DNA of 35,880 bases from Octopus bimaculoides. Taxonomy: Eukaryota. Shown here one piece after another: positions 23,090 to 32,559 of the stretch (its first letter is position 1; the number at the start of each line of letters is the position of its first letter). Below the pieces are notes generated by a model, which made no database searches, was not told where the DNA came from, and worked only from the letters and a program-made list of their open reading frames with translations. The stretch spans positions 8,793,663-8,829,542 of the forward strand of contig NC_068981.1 of the NCBI RefSeq assembly GCF_001194135.2. The letters run 5' to 3'. The position numbers and the translations under genes were made by a program.

Positions 23090-26000
23090 AACACAAAGGA
23101 GTGGTGAAAGTTTATCTCAATATTTAAAATCTCACAAAGGAAATGACAAGGAATACTAACAAATGGTAAGAAAAGACACTTAACTGGAGAAGACTGGTTC
23201 AATCCAGAGGTATGAAAAAGTGGATGTATGATTATGAGAATTTTAAATGTGTGTGTGTGTAATATATACCATGTTCTATATAAAAAGCATTGGTGCTGGT
23301 GCCACTTAAAAAGCACCCAGTCCACTCTGTAAAGTGACTGGCATTAGGGAGGACATCCAGCTGTACCAACACAAAGTATGGAACCTGGGGCAGGTTCCTG
23401 CCTTGCCAGTCAAGCTGTATAACTCATGCAAGCATGGAAAACAGATGTTAATTGATGTTGATGATGATGATTCAACTGGACTTTGACAAAAAACACTTCA
23501 GAATAATCTGAAGCTTATTAAAACAAATATTTGCTCCTCACCAATCAACCACTGCTCCTCCCCATTCCAAAGATGGTTCCATATTAATCAATGACACAGA
23601 AGATATTGCAAAGAGATGAGATAGAGTAGTTCTCAATCCACAAGAGATGAGAAAATCACAAAAGATCGACCACAGCAGAATGTTATTGGGAAAACAAATC
23701 AGAAAAGAAATCAAAGTTGTCTTTAAACAAATAAATTCCACTACAGTTCCATATTCTGGGAGGTTTTCTTCCATCAAAAGCAGATTTATTAACAAATGTC
23801 TATACTCACTTGATACTGAGAGATCTTCAAGTAGTGCAGTGCCAAGTTGTTTTATTGAATCAGGGTGACAGGTCAGACTCCAGTTGTAGTGGTTAGACGC
23901 AACTCTGGACATTTGCATCCAAAGAGACTCAGAAAGCTGTTCTACCAACTGAAGGAAAAAACAACATCTAAGAACGGTGTTGAAAACAATTAACAGGGAC
24001 AGATATGTCATTTTTGTTTTGTTTTAAATTAAATTTTAGTTGATAAAGCCAAGTCATTAATAGAAACAGATACAATATGTGGTAAATAACCCAAAACCTT
24101 TCCAGTGTCTGCTTTTTCCATGTTGGTTGGGGTTGTATTATATTATCAATCTCAAATGACCCCATGTCACCTTGTCTCTGCAAAGACTGACATCTTTGTC
24201 ATGAGCCCCTTCCACACAGCATCTCTTTATCAGACAAGCATCATTTAGAACAGTTCCCATGCCTAGAAACATCATTCAATATTTTCCATAACCTGTTGCT
24301 CTCAAATAACTTCATACTGCATAATAATTCAAACTTTACCTCCAACTTTCACATCACCTCCCTTCTTCAAGACAAGTCTCACAACAACAACATCATCATC
24401 ATCACATTATGTCCACATATCTGCTCTTCTTTGGACAAGTCTTGACAAGAAATAGATTTCACTCTTGATCTGTCTGGAACAACAGCTGAGTAAGTGACCA
24501 ATGCCATCCAGCTAAATCAGCTTGAGTCTTCTTCATCGTACACTACTTAAAGTAATGCTGCACTTGTACAATCTAACTTGGACCACCCACAGGAAGTGAC
24601 CCACTACTACCAGGGTGTGCACACCACCAACTGACACTCAGTTATCTACAACTGCAATGACTGCCAAAACAAACATTGAGAAACAAATGGATGCCTGCCA
24701 CATTGCAGATAGAATTCTTGCTTCTTTGATTAAAAGGATTTCAAATTAATTTGCAGAATCTTCCAGTTTGACAGAAAATGCAATTGTTTTGCTTCCAACT
24801 TCACAGAGACACATCGAAACTTTTCCTAGTCTCACTTCCATTCCACCTCTCTTGCAAACAACAACTAAATGGGAACCCCACCCCCAATCAGTTGATCCTA
24901 ACAATGTGACTGAGCCTCAAAATGGTATAATCCAGAGTTAATCACCTCCCTCCAAACTTATTTCTGTGACTCATGGCTGGATGTGTAATGTCAGTGTGCA
25001 TACATGACAGAGTGTAAGCACCTTGAGAGAAAAGTTGGATTTAAGAAGCATCAGATGTGGTGTACAAGAGAGACGACTGCACTGGTATGGCCATGTGCTA
25101 CATATGGATGAGGACAGCTGTGTGAAAAAGTGTCCCACCCTAACAGTGGAGGGAACCTGTAGAAGAGGTAGACCCAGGAAGACCTGGGATGAAGTGGTGA
25201 AGCACGACCTTCGAACATTGGACCTCACTGAGGCAATGACAAGTGGTACCCACTTGTCCAGCTTCTTTACCTTGCCGATTTGTTTCAGATAATCCATTAC
25301 AGTTAGAATTGAAACATCAAACCTTACAGCTAACTCACATGTAGTTTGAGATGTATCCGCTTCCACTAGTTTCGAGCTCATCATTGGTCTCCGGTCTACC
25401 ACAGGGCTGATTTTCAAGAGCAAAGTCACCAGACCAGAACTTCCCAAACCATCAACGTACAGTGTACTCATTCGCTACATCTTCACCAAACACCTCATTG
25501 ATGTTTCAAGCTGTTTGGGATGCATTGGTTCCACAACAAAACTCATATTCATAAACATTATCCATAGATTCAAAAAAATTCATTTACAAAAGAAAATTCA
25601 CAAAATAATCAGACACCATCAATTGCATTTCAAAAAGTGATGGTGTAACTCTTCAATGTTGTAAAACAAAGAATTGTCAGGATAAAACATTAGAGTTAAC
25701 GATTGTCAAACTTGGTGCAGAAGGAAACTGGACATTTCATTCTTAATGACCTGATACATGAAAGACTCATTCATTAAATTCCAAATTAGTCTCCAATTGA
25801 AATTTCAAAATTGTTGTTTTTAGTTTTTCAACTGGATTTCTACTGAATTTGATTTGCAAACATATTTCACTTTTATAAAAGAAAAATTTAAAAGAAAAAT
25901 TTTAAAGTTTTTTAAAAATTCAAACTTTTGTAAAATTCTTTAAAATTTCGTTTTACCTGTAGCAAAGCTTCAAACTGAATTGATTCTGGCCTTGGAATTG

Positions 26001-29000
26001 TTGCTGGGGGTTTCGCTGCAGTCTTCCGTTTNNNNNNNNNNNNNNNNNNNNNNNNNNNNNNNNNNNNNNNNNNNNNNNNNNNNNNNNNACAAAGGATATG
26101 TTCATAGAAGTTCTGAGCAATATCATCATTGAGCTTATTCTTGATGTATTCCTGAAACAGATAAAAATAAAGTTCAACAATAGATTTTGAAGTTATTGGA
26201 AGATATTTATCCTGCACAGATTTGTTGGTCAATATTTTCAATTCAGGGAGTTGGCAGAAACGTTAGCACGCTGGGCAAAATGCTTAGCAGTATTTTGTCT
26301 GTCTTTACGTTCTGAGTTCAAATTCCGCCGAGGTCAACTTTGCCTTTCATCCTTTCGAGGTCGATAAATTAAGTACCAGTTGCATACTGGGGTCAATCTA
26401 ATCAACTGGTCCCCATCCCCAAAAATTTCAGGCCTTGTGCCTAGAGTAGAAAAGTGTATTTCCAATTCAGGGATTTTTTATATCTACTTTTACTTGTTTC
26501 GGTCATTAGACTGCGACCATGCCGGAGCACTGCCTTGAAGGAATTTTTGTCAAATGAATCGACCCCAGGACTTGCTATTATTTTTAAGCCTAGTACTTAT
26601 TCCATTAATCTCTTTTGCTGTACTGCTGAGTTACAGGGATGTAAACACACCAACACCGGTTGTCAAGCAGTAGTGGGAAGACAGACACACAAACACTCAC
26701 ACACACATCATCATCATTTAACATCCGCTTTCCATGTTATAAAAGAGCAGATTTAACTGGTCAGGGTGGGTCTTAAATGTACAAGAAGGCGAAAAAGGTA
26801 AGTGGTGATAAGAATAAGGAGTGTAGGTAGAATTTGTAAGAGTTTAAGAGGGGAGTGAAGGATGGTTATAGATGGGAAATGGGAAAGTAGGTGGTGGCTG
26901 TAGAGATGGGTGGAAGTAATGAATAGTTAGTGGGCAAGGAAGGAAGGGTGGTTGATGATACAAGAGATGGTGGGAAGGTAGGGGAGTGCAGGTGATGACT
27001 GACAGTAGAAATGGAGTGAGGAGTACTAGAATAGTAATAATAATATAGAAGATAGAGAAAGGATGAAAGAGAGGAAGATGACATGTGGGTCAGTAGGTTA
27101 CATAAGAGTGAAAGGTGAGTGATGGCTGAGGAGAGATAATTTGGTAGCACAGAAGGGTGATCAATGTAAAATGTGAATGGAGAGGGACATTAATAATTAA
27201 GGACGGATGACAAGCAAAATGGTTCCAGAAAGTTCAGAAAGATAACAAGTGTCACACAAAGATAAGGAAATATAGAGTTCTGCTCTGATTTAGTTACAGC
27301 AGACATCATATGTCACACCATTTGCAACAATTTTAGTAAAACTACTGTCACGAACAGCTGAGATTGCCCTTCATACTTTCAGGGTTCATCCCTAGTGAAG
27401 TACAGGGGTGAATGCAATTGACTAACCCCTCCCCGCAAATTTCAGGCTTTTGGTGCCCCTGTGGTAGAAAGAAGACGCATGCGTACGAACAACCATGCTA
27501 CATGGCAGTGAAACATGGGCTGTAACTGCTGAGGACATACGTAAGCTCGCAAGGAATGAAGCCAGTATGCTCCGTTGGATGTGTAATGTCAATGTGAATA
27601 CCCGTCAGAGTGTAAGTATCTTGAGAGAAAAGCTGAACATTAGAAGCATCAGTTGTGGCATGCAAGAGAGACGATTGCGCTGGTAGGGACATGTGGTGAG
27701 AATGGATAAGGATAGCTGCGTGAAAAAGTGCCACACCCTAACAGTTGAGGGAACCCGTGGAAGAGGTAGGCCCAGGAAGACCTGGGCTGAGGTGGTGAGG
27801 CAAGACCTNNNNNNNNNNNNNNNNNNNNNNNNNNNNNNNNNNNNNNNNNNNNNNNNNNNNNNNNNNNNNNNNNNNNNNNNNNNNNNNNNNNNNNNNNNNN
27901 NNNNNNNNNNNNNNNNNNNNNNNNNNNNNNNNNNNNNNNNNNNNNNNNNNNNNNNNNNNNNNNNNNNNNNNNNNNNNNNNNNNNNNNNNNNNNNNNNNNN
28001 NNNNNNNNNNNNNNNNNNNNNNNNNNNNNNNNNNNNNNNNNNNNNNNNNNNNNNNNNNNNNNNNNNNNNNNNNNNNNNNNNNNNNNNNNNNNNNNNNNNN
28101 NNNNNNNNNNNNNNNNNNNNNNNNNNNNNNNNNNNNNNNNNNNNNNNNNNNNNNNNNNNNNNNNNNNNNNNAGACTGGAGCCTGGTGTTGCCATCCGGTT
28201 TCACCAGTCCTCAGTCAAATCGTCCAACCCATGCTAGCATGGAAAGCGGACGTTAAACGATGATGATGATGATGATGATGATTATTATTAGAGAGAAAAT
28301 GATGGTAGAATCAGTGGAGATAATGTAATAGAGACATTGGTGTTAAGTGTTCAAATTTTACCTAAGTCAGCTTTGACTTTCATTGCTCTGGGGTCAATAA
28401 ATAAATAATCATTAATTTGTTCCTCCCCCCCCCCACACACACACACACAATTTCTGACATTGTACATTTGTTAGAAATCAACATCATCATCATCATTACT
28501 ATTAAAATTCTGCCAATGTCGACTTTGCATTTCATCATTTCAGGGTCAAGACTGATAGATCAATAGGGATCATAATCATCATCATCATCATCATCATTTA
28601 ACATCTGCTTTCCATACTGGCATGGGTTGGACAGTTTGACTGAGGGCTGGCAAACCAGATAGCTGCACCAGGCTCTAATCTGATCTGGCATGGTTTTTAC
28701 AGCTGGATGCCCTTCCTAACGTCAACCACTCTGAGAGTGTAGTGGGTGCTTTTTTAAGTGAGGAAAAATGCACAAGTCAGATATTGTGACCCGACACCTT
28801 TTATATAACCTTTGGGTTCCCTTCAGCTCTGTTGGGAAGAGGCTGGTGCAAACTTCCAACCAGACTTTGCATGACATGGTGGTGGAACATGGAAGTAGGG
28901 AGAGTTATAAAAGCAAAGAAATAGGATTGAAAGAAGAGGAGAAAACTATAGCAGGGAACTAGAAGAGACAAAGAAGTACATTTAGAGAGGGGAGAGGCAT

Positions 29001-31458
29001 AAAAGGAAGAGGTTTGCTCATTAAGTAGAAAAGGCGTAGGTAGAAATTCCATACTGTGTACTTAGTGCAATGGACGCATAAGAGGAATCACAAGAAGACT
29101 AACAGAGCTGTGTGTGTGTGCTACAGGTGTATGGGTAGAATAAAAACTAAGAATGTACAGGAAAGAAACTTCCAAAATAAAGTTCCATCCACCTCAGCAA
29201 AAATGAGGCCCTAAAAACATGTTAGCACTGTCAATGCTCCCCCTGCACTGAATCTCTCCCTAACGACTCCCAGCTCACAACCCATCCCTCCCACATCTCA
29301 TCTTCCTAACTAAAGAACTTACCCACTCAGCAGTCGGAATTAGGAGAACAAAACTGAACATATTTCACCCCTTACCCCTACCCATCACTCTTCCTGGAAC
29401 TAGTTCCTCTCCCCACCCCCACATTTTCAGTATCATCCCTCACCTCCTTCTGTTTGTTGAATGCTCCTCTCACCTCCCCTTCCCTCGTACACCCCCTCGC
29501 TTTACCAAAGGCCACCCCACATCATCGCTGCCACTTATTACCTTCCCCTTCAATTGATATTCATGACTGACCAGGTTTCCACCCACGTCCACCACCTCTC
29601 TCCCCTTTCATCCACATTCCTGTCACTTAAGGGTACACTTTGATTACACCTTCCCCACCATCCTCCTCCTCCTCCAGCTGGGGGTAACCCTGTATCTCCC
29701 CTCCCACAGCAAGGCACCCTTCCTGTCCCCCAACACCTCATCCCCTGGCACAAAGCCACCTCCCTCAATACTCAAGATGTCTTAGCAGCATTATAGGCCT
29801 ACTGACAAATCTATGCACTGGACCCTAAAGTATTTATTGAAAGTAGCTCAATTGGGCCCCTAGACTTACCTGCTGTCAATACTACTCCTCTGTTGAGGGG
29901 TCTTGTGAGTTACTTGGTGACCTTGCTAGCATTAGGGACCAGGTAAAAAGCACCCAGTCCCCTCTGTAAAGTGGTTGGCATTAGGAAGGGCATCCAACCA
30001 TACCAAAGCAGACATTGGAGCTTCACACAGTCCTTTGCATCACCATCTCACCCATGGCCATCATGGAAAACAGATGTTAAATAATGATGATGAGAATATT
30101 TCCAGAGACTGGTTCAAGTAATTATTTTCATTTCGGGTGATTGTGACTAATTGAGTTAGTGTTTTAATTATGAATATATTGACTGAGGACTTTATAAATG
30201 TTGACCTGACAGTAAACAGACTAACAATCTGTGATTAAAGATAAACCACAAGGGTTGCTAAGAAACCTTTTCAGGTCGTCATCTAAATGTTTTCAGGGGT
30301 GTTCACGCAAAAGAATGTTCTTTAAATGCAGATTTCCACCCCACCCATCCTATCTCTGCATAACAAACACTGAAACGGTTTTGGTAAAGTATGTTGCCAG
30401 AAGATAAAATATTTCTTTTTTTTTTTGGAATGTATTAAGGAAAACATAAAATTCTTCTGATGAAAAGATAACACATTTAAGTTTGTTTTATTGAATTTAA
30501 GAAAAAACATGACTTGGAATGAAATATAATGAGCGACTCATTAAGGGGTTTAGAAGTAATGACTTTCGTAAGATTTAGAATCCCTAATATTTAATTGTGA
30601 CTTAATTATTTTGGCTTCCTCCACAAGTTCATCGTTTCTAATTAAGGAAACCTGATAAAAACCAAACATGCAACAACAAAATAACTGGGACTTAATAACT
30701 AACAACATAAGACACAGGTGTGGTCGAGTGGTAAGAAGTTTGCTCTCCAATGCGTGACATCTTGGGCAAGTGTCTTCTACTATAGCCTTCGGCTGACCAA
30801 AACCCTGTAACCTTGTGAATGAATTTCGTAAACGGAAACTGAAAGAAGCCAGTCAAAATGTCACTCCTATTTTTCCAACTAAAACTTCCACGGAGCGTCA
30901 ATATTTTTACGACCAATTGACTTTTGTTGTTTTATCTAGGGTTTTTAAAAAATATTTTTGATTTGCCTATATGCCTGAGTGTGTTTGTCCCCCCACAAAC
31001 GCTTGACAGCCGGTGTTTGTATGTTAACCTCCCTGTAACTTAGCGGTTCGGCAAGAGGCCGATACAATAAATACCAGACTTCAAAAAAGTTAGTACTGGA
31101 GTCACTTTATTCGGCTAAAAATCTTTGAAAGCAGTGCCCCAGCATGGCCGCAATCTAATGACTGAAACAAATAAAAAAAAAACTATTAATATCGACTTGT
31201 GAGGGTGATTATCAGATGTCCTACTTCGGTATTGAACTCGTAATAAAAACTACGTTTGGTAAAATAAGGAGTAGAGCAGAGAATGATAAAGGAAACGGGG
31301 AGGGGTGAGATTTGAATGGAAAATTTGATGTTTATTATAAGGTGAGGGTGGGGCTGAAATAAACAGAGGAACTGCAGGGGAAAAGTGGGACAATTTGCAA
31401 CAACACGAACGTCCACGATCACAATTTCATAGCAATGAAATCGGTATGACTTTATCAT

Positions 31459-31494
<36 letters not shown>

Positions 31495-32129
31495 GATATA
31501 TACACACACATATGCCAGATAAGCAAGAAATGCATGCTTTGGGTTACAGTCTGTTGCTTCGTTGTTATTTTTCGATTTCAATTTGTTTACAAACATGTTA
31601 CTGTTTAATTTAACATTGTCAGTTTTTATTTTATAGGACATGCATTTTGTCGTGGCGTTAAAATAAAACTAGTCATGTTCATTAATCAGGAAACGAATTA
31701 ACAATGCGAATTAAAGTAGAATTGCTTCAAGCTTTTTTTGTTTGTTTTTGCGCATCCTTTTATTTTTTACAAGACATTTTGAAGAAATAACATTTCAAAA
31801 TCCCTCATTTCGATAAATATGTAGAGGGGAAAACAACGAATAAAATCAAGAAGACTATTTTGTCACGGTTGTTTCAGTCTAAATTTCCTATAAATGTTTA
31901 TGATAACATATAATGTTGTGAACTTAGGTTAGAAAAAGCACCTGCCATATGATGAGGATGAAGACAGACGTGTGATAATTATTCGAATATTTACCTTGTA
32001 TTGCTCCCTGGTAAATGTCTCATTGTCTTTGGATATCTTTAGAAAAAGTTCAGTGATTTTATCCCTTTCGTTCTCGTCAAAATATTTCGCACTGACCGAA
32101 TCATCAGCTTTCGTGTTGCCAGCTCCCAT
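13649..32129 (-). CDS. MEAK7: MEAK7/TLDC1 ortholog (mTOR-associated lysosomal TLDc-domain protein), 8 coding exons, ~443 aa
   Basis: The spliced translation aligns along its length with human MEAK7 as I recall it: MG- N-terminus, W-x-LLFSS-x-LHG-x-SFSQL, GPTV..IQDKDKHCFGG..S.SW, GYNDHFMYMNQGQQTIPNG, GMGGQ..YFGLWID..F..GHSKA.P.CTTYSSPQLS, SILD...KALLEM.G..RHSDG.R. All 7 introns are GT-AG with consistent phases (0,0,1,0,1,0,0). Confidence 0.93.
13906..14088 (-). CDS. MEAK7: MEAK7 coding exon 7 (GMGGQLHYFGLWIDDSFDTGHSKAIPRCTTYSSPQLSGQTEFQVDAIEVWSIQSLVPEASQ)
   Basis: Acceptor TTTATTTCAG|GGA, donor CAG|GTATAA, 183 nt. C-terminal half of the TLDc domain. Confidence 0.95.
15092..15210 (-). CDS. MEAK7: MEAK7 coding exon 6 (GSHDCRLFSLRPNLAVYLPSGYNDHFMYMNQGQQTIPNGI)
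   Basis: Too short for the ORF track; found by hand. Acceptor TTTTTCAG|GT (phase 1), donor ATT|GTAAGT, 119 nt. Near-identical to human GYNDHYMYLNHGQQTIPNGL. Confidence 0.95.
15422..15616 (-). mobile_element. tRNA-headed, hammerhead-bearing repeat, left (internally deleted) copy
   Basis: Minus strand reads ...CGGCGTAGTGGTT/TGATTTCAAGCAGTGACC-(TAA)n-CATCGAAAAATACCTTAGGAATGAGAACCCAGG...HHR...GATGAGGACAAATATCCGCCAAATGTAAAT. It is an inverted homologue of 15619-15699 plus 16199-16370. Confidence 0.75.
15466..15511 (-). ncRNA. Intact Penelope-type minimal type I hammerhead ribozyme motif in MEAK7 intron 5 (sense strand)
   Basis: GACAC-CTGATGA-A-GGCTG-GAGGGTGTAT-CAGCC-GAAA-CG-TT-GTGTT. Helix I is GACAC/GUGUU (5 bp incl. 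G-U) and helix II is GGCUG/CAGCC. The core is complete, with an extra A after A9, a palindromic ACGU helix III and a GUU cleavage triplet. Confidence 0.75.
15700..16198 (-). mobile_element. Nested, internally deleted RTE-LINE 3' fragment with ~80-bp internal duplication
   Basis: The minus-strand tail is ...GCATGGAAAGCGGACGTTAAACAATGATGA. 16141-16198 is the reverse-complement homologue of the RTE ORF segment EDIRKLARNEASMLRWMCN at 27531-27590. Direct repeats lie at ~15962-16045 and ~16065-16140. Confidence 0.75.
16248..16293 (+). ncRNA. Degenerate hammerhead motif (inverted partner of 15466-15511)
   Basis: GACAC-CTGATGA-A-GGCTG-GAGGGTATAT-CAGGT-GAAA-TG-TT-GTGTT. Helix II closing pairs are lost (CAGCC to CAGGT) and the ACGU palindrome is broken. 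Probably inactive. Confidence 0.55.
16818..16864. repeat. (AAT)n microsatellite
   Basis: Directly visible. Confidence 0.95.
17187..17401. other. Assembly gap (215 N) in MEAK7 intron 5; other gaps at 22182-22191, 26032-26088 and 27809-28171
   Basis: N runs. Confidence 0.99.
18241..18562 (-). CDS. MEAK7: MEAK7 coding exon 5 (start of TLDc domain)
   Basis: Acceptor TTTTTCAG|TTT, donor G|GTGAGT (phase 1), 322 nt. Encodes NTLLDFSSLVYLSHHLP...WTLLFSSRLHGNSFSQL...GPTVLIIQDKDKHCFGGITSCSWQLRPKFY. Confidence 0.93.
19301..19597 (+). mobile_element. RTE-type 3'-UTR element with (GAT)n tail
   Basis: AAAAAGCACCCAGTCCACTCTGTAAAGTGGTTGGCATTAGGAAGGGCATCCAGCTGTAGAAAC...CCAACCCATGCCAGCATGGAAAA...GATGATGATG, shared with the tail at 28172-28284. 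Confidence 0.75.
20305..20432 (-). CDS. MEAK7: MEAK7 coding exon 4 (NKNHDSNEFELSETEVEIWLLKAALFRKIFDTVFFKCFNLITD)
   Basis: Acceptor CCCAACAG|AC (phase 1), donor GAT|GTAAGT, 128 nt. EVEIWLLK matches human VIEDWVFR. Confidence 0.85.
21590..21820 (+). mobile_element. Penelope-like element remnant (C-terminal GIY-YIG endonuclease region)
   Basis: Translates as TSLVSHV*HL*DEGTPYNIKWKILEWLGSYTNRSVCCQLCIAEQARI, then after a frameshift AEIFTLC..HR. This matches the PLE pattern T.LS.HIW.LKD....Y.IKW.I......Y......C.LC..EK..I......N.RSE....CRH. It contains two stops. Confidence 0.6.
22293..23050. repeat. Large inverted repeat: ~310-bp arms (22293-22602 / 22650-23050), 47-nt spacer
   Basis: The arms are reverse complements with scattered mismatches, for example AGGCCAAGACGCATTG / CAATGCATCTTGGCCT and AGAAACAACAGCTTCCAGAAA / TTTCTGGAAGCTGTTGTTTCT. 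The right arm carries an extra ~70-nt partial duplication. Microsatellites flank both sides. Confidence 0.9.
23285..23472 (+). mobile_element. RTE-type 3'-UTR element
   Basis: AAAAGCACCCAGTCCACTCTGTAAAGTG..TGGCATTAGG.AGG.CATCCAGCTGTA...CATGCAAGCATGGAAAACAGATGTTAA..GATG.TGATGATG. Confidence 0.7.
23810..23948 (-). CDS. MEAK7: MEAK7 coding exon 3 (LVEQLSESLWMQMSRVASNHYNWSLTCHPDSIKQLGTALLEDLSVS)
   Basis: Acceptor TTTTTCCTTCAG|TTG, donor A|GTGAGT (phase 1), 139 nt. Resembles human FTEDLVGSV...W......RVQVLAAQLLSDM. Confidence 0.85.
24975..25243 (+). mobile_element. RTE-clade LINE fragment (ORF C-terminus)
   Basis: WMCNVSVHT*QSVSTLREKLDLRSIRCGVQERRLHWYGHVLHMDEDSCVKKCPTLTVEGTCRRGRPRKTWDEVVKHD, with the typical RTE motifs RLRWYGHV.RM and GRPRKTW. 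Confidence 0.88.
25246..25756 (-). mobile_element. 5' half of a mariner (DD34D-type) transposon: left TIR plus degraded N-terminal transposase
   Basis: Translates as MDNVYEYEFCCGTNASQTA*NINEVFGEDVANEYTVR*WFGKFWSGDFALENQPCGRPE../..LVEADTSQTTCELAVRFDVSILTVMDYLKQIGKVKKLDKWVP (mariner HTH plus WVP linker). The terminal sequence TA-TCAGGTCATTAAGAATGAAATGTCCAGTTT is at 25756-25725. Confidence 0.85.
25957..26151 (-). CDS. MEAK7: MEAK7 coding exon 2 (EYIKNKLNDDIAQNFYEHILC-[19 unknown codons]-KRKTAAKPPATIPRPESIQFEALLQ)
   Basis: Acceptor TGTTTCAG|GAA and donor CAG|GTAAAA. The N-terminal part resembles human NHVGEALPPEMVTRLYDGM. The 57-N gap (26032-26088) keeps frame, but the internal structure cannot be verified. 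Confidence 0.72.
26244..26455 (+). mobile_element. Family A SINE
   Basis: GAGTTGGCAGAAACGTTAGCACGC...TTCTGAGTTCAAATTCCGCCGAGGTCAACTTTGCCTTTCATCCTTTCGAGGTCGATAAATTAAGTACCAG...GGCCTTGTGCCTAGAGTAGAAAAG. Confidence 0.85.
26490..26710 (-). mobile_element. Family B SINE, 3' part
   Basis: Reverse complement of the 3' part of 30712-31181 (TTACTTGTTTC.GTCATTAGACTGCG.CCATGC.GG.GCAC...). Confidence 0.75.
27474..28284 (+). mobile_element. 5'-truncated RTE-clade LINE (ORF C-terminus, gap, 3' UTR, (GAT)n tail)
   Basis: DACVRTTMLHGSETWAVTAEDIRKLARNEASMLRWMCNV...QERRLRW*GHVVRMDKDSCVKKCHTLTVEGTRGRGRPRKTWAEVVRQD, with one in-frame TAG at 27684. The tail is CATGGAAAGCGGACGTTAAACGATGATGATG. Confidence 0.92.
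28577..28757 (-). mobile_element. RTE-type 3'-UTR element
   Basis: (CAT)nTTTAACATCTGCTTTCCAT.CTGGCATGGGTTGGAC...GGATGCCCTTCCTAACG.CAACCACTC...GTAGTGGGTGCTTTTT. Confidence 0.8.
29916..30093 (+). mobile_element. RTE-type 3'-UTR element
   Basis: GTAAAAAGCACCCAGTCC.CTCTGTAAAGTGGTTGGCATTAGGAAGGGCATCC...CATGGAAAACAGATGTTAAAT.ATGATGATG. Confidence 0.7.
30712..31181 (+). mobile_element. Family B SINE, near full length, with ~110-bp internal insertion (30857-30967)
   Basis: Head GGTGTGGTCGAGTGGTAAGAAG, body TTGGGCAAGTGTCTTCTACTATAGCC...ACGGAAACTGAAAGAAGCC, 3' part GCTTGACA.CCG...TAACTTAGCGGTTCGGCAA...CAGCATGGCCGC..TCTAATGACTGAAACAAATAAAA(A)n. Confidence 0.8.
31995..32129 (-). CDS. MEAK7: MEAK7 coding exon 1 (MGAGNTKADDSVSAKYFDENERDKITELFLKISKDNETFTREQYK)
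   Basis: ATG at 32129. MGxxxT fits an N-myristoylation motif. FDENERDKITELF resembles human FLPEEQAEIDQLF. Donor AAG|GTAAAT, phase 0, 135 nt. Confidence 0.9.
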
Positions 32130-32559
32130 TGCTTCGTTTCTCCTCTTTAATCAGTGGCCATTATAACGGTGAGTAAGCAAAAAATCAGCGTTGTAAATAT
32201 ATTCCGCATAATAACGGTGAACAAACAAAAAAGTTATCATCTCAAATACATTCCTCCATAAGGCGGTGGGGGGGATGCTTAGATTGCGCGCTCCGCACCC
32301 TCTCTCTCGTTATATTCACAATTTTTAAACATGTTTTTATTCCGTGATAGTCCTGAAAATAAAGACATAAATATTTCTAATATAATAGCATTATTTACAA
32401 AAAAACATTTAGGACAGTTTAAAGACAAAAGATAGTGGCGATTTACATATATAAAACAATATTAAAAACCAACAAAATTCTCCTGGTGTAACCAAGGAAA
32501 TCTACAGATCCTTAGCTTCCCAAATCATCTGAGGTACCATAATGGTTTGGGAAGTCCTT

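Noticed and set aside
23538-23809. Long hydrophobic continuation of the 157-aa ORF past exon 3
   Set aside because: It is read-through beyond a strong GTGAGT donor whose phase matches exon 4, so it is intronic.
25953-26031. Alternative frame NGRLQRNPQQQFQGQNQFSLKLCYR after the exon 2 gap
   Set aside because: It would give a phase-2 donor, which is incompatible with the phase-0 start of exon 3.
26770-27200. Purine-rich and pyrimidine-rich low-complexity tracts (also 28900-29780) with short ORFs
   Set aside because: Probably very old LINE debris, but I could not read a motif reliably enough to classify them.
30550-30651. Acceptor-like TTTTTATCAG followed by VSLIRNDELVEEAKIIKSQL..., a possible extra MEAK7 exon
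   Set aside because: All three frames hit stops, there is no convincing donor, and it shows no similarity to MEAK7. Exons 1 and 2 join in frame without it.
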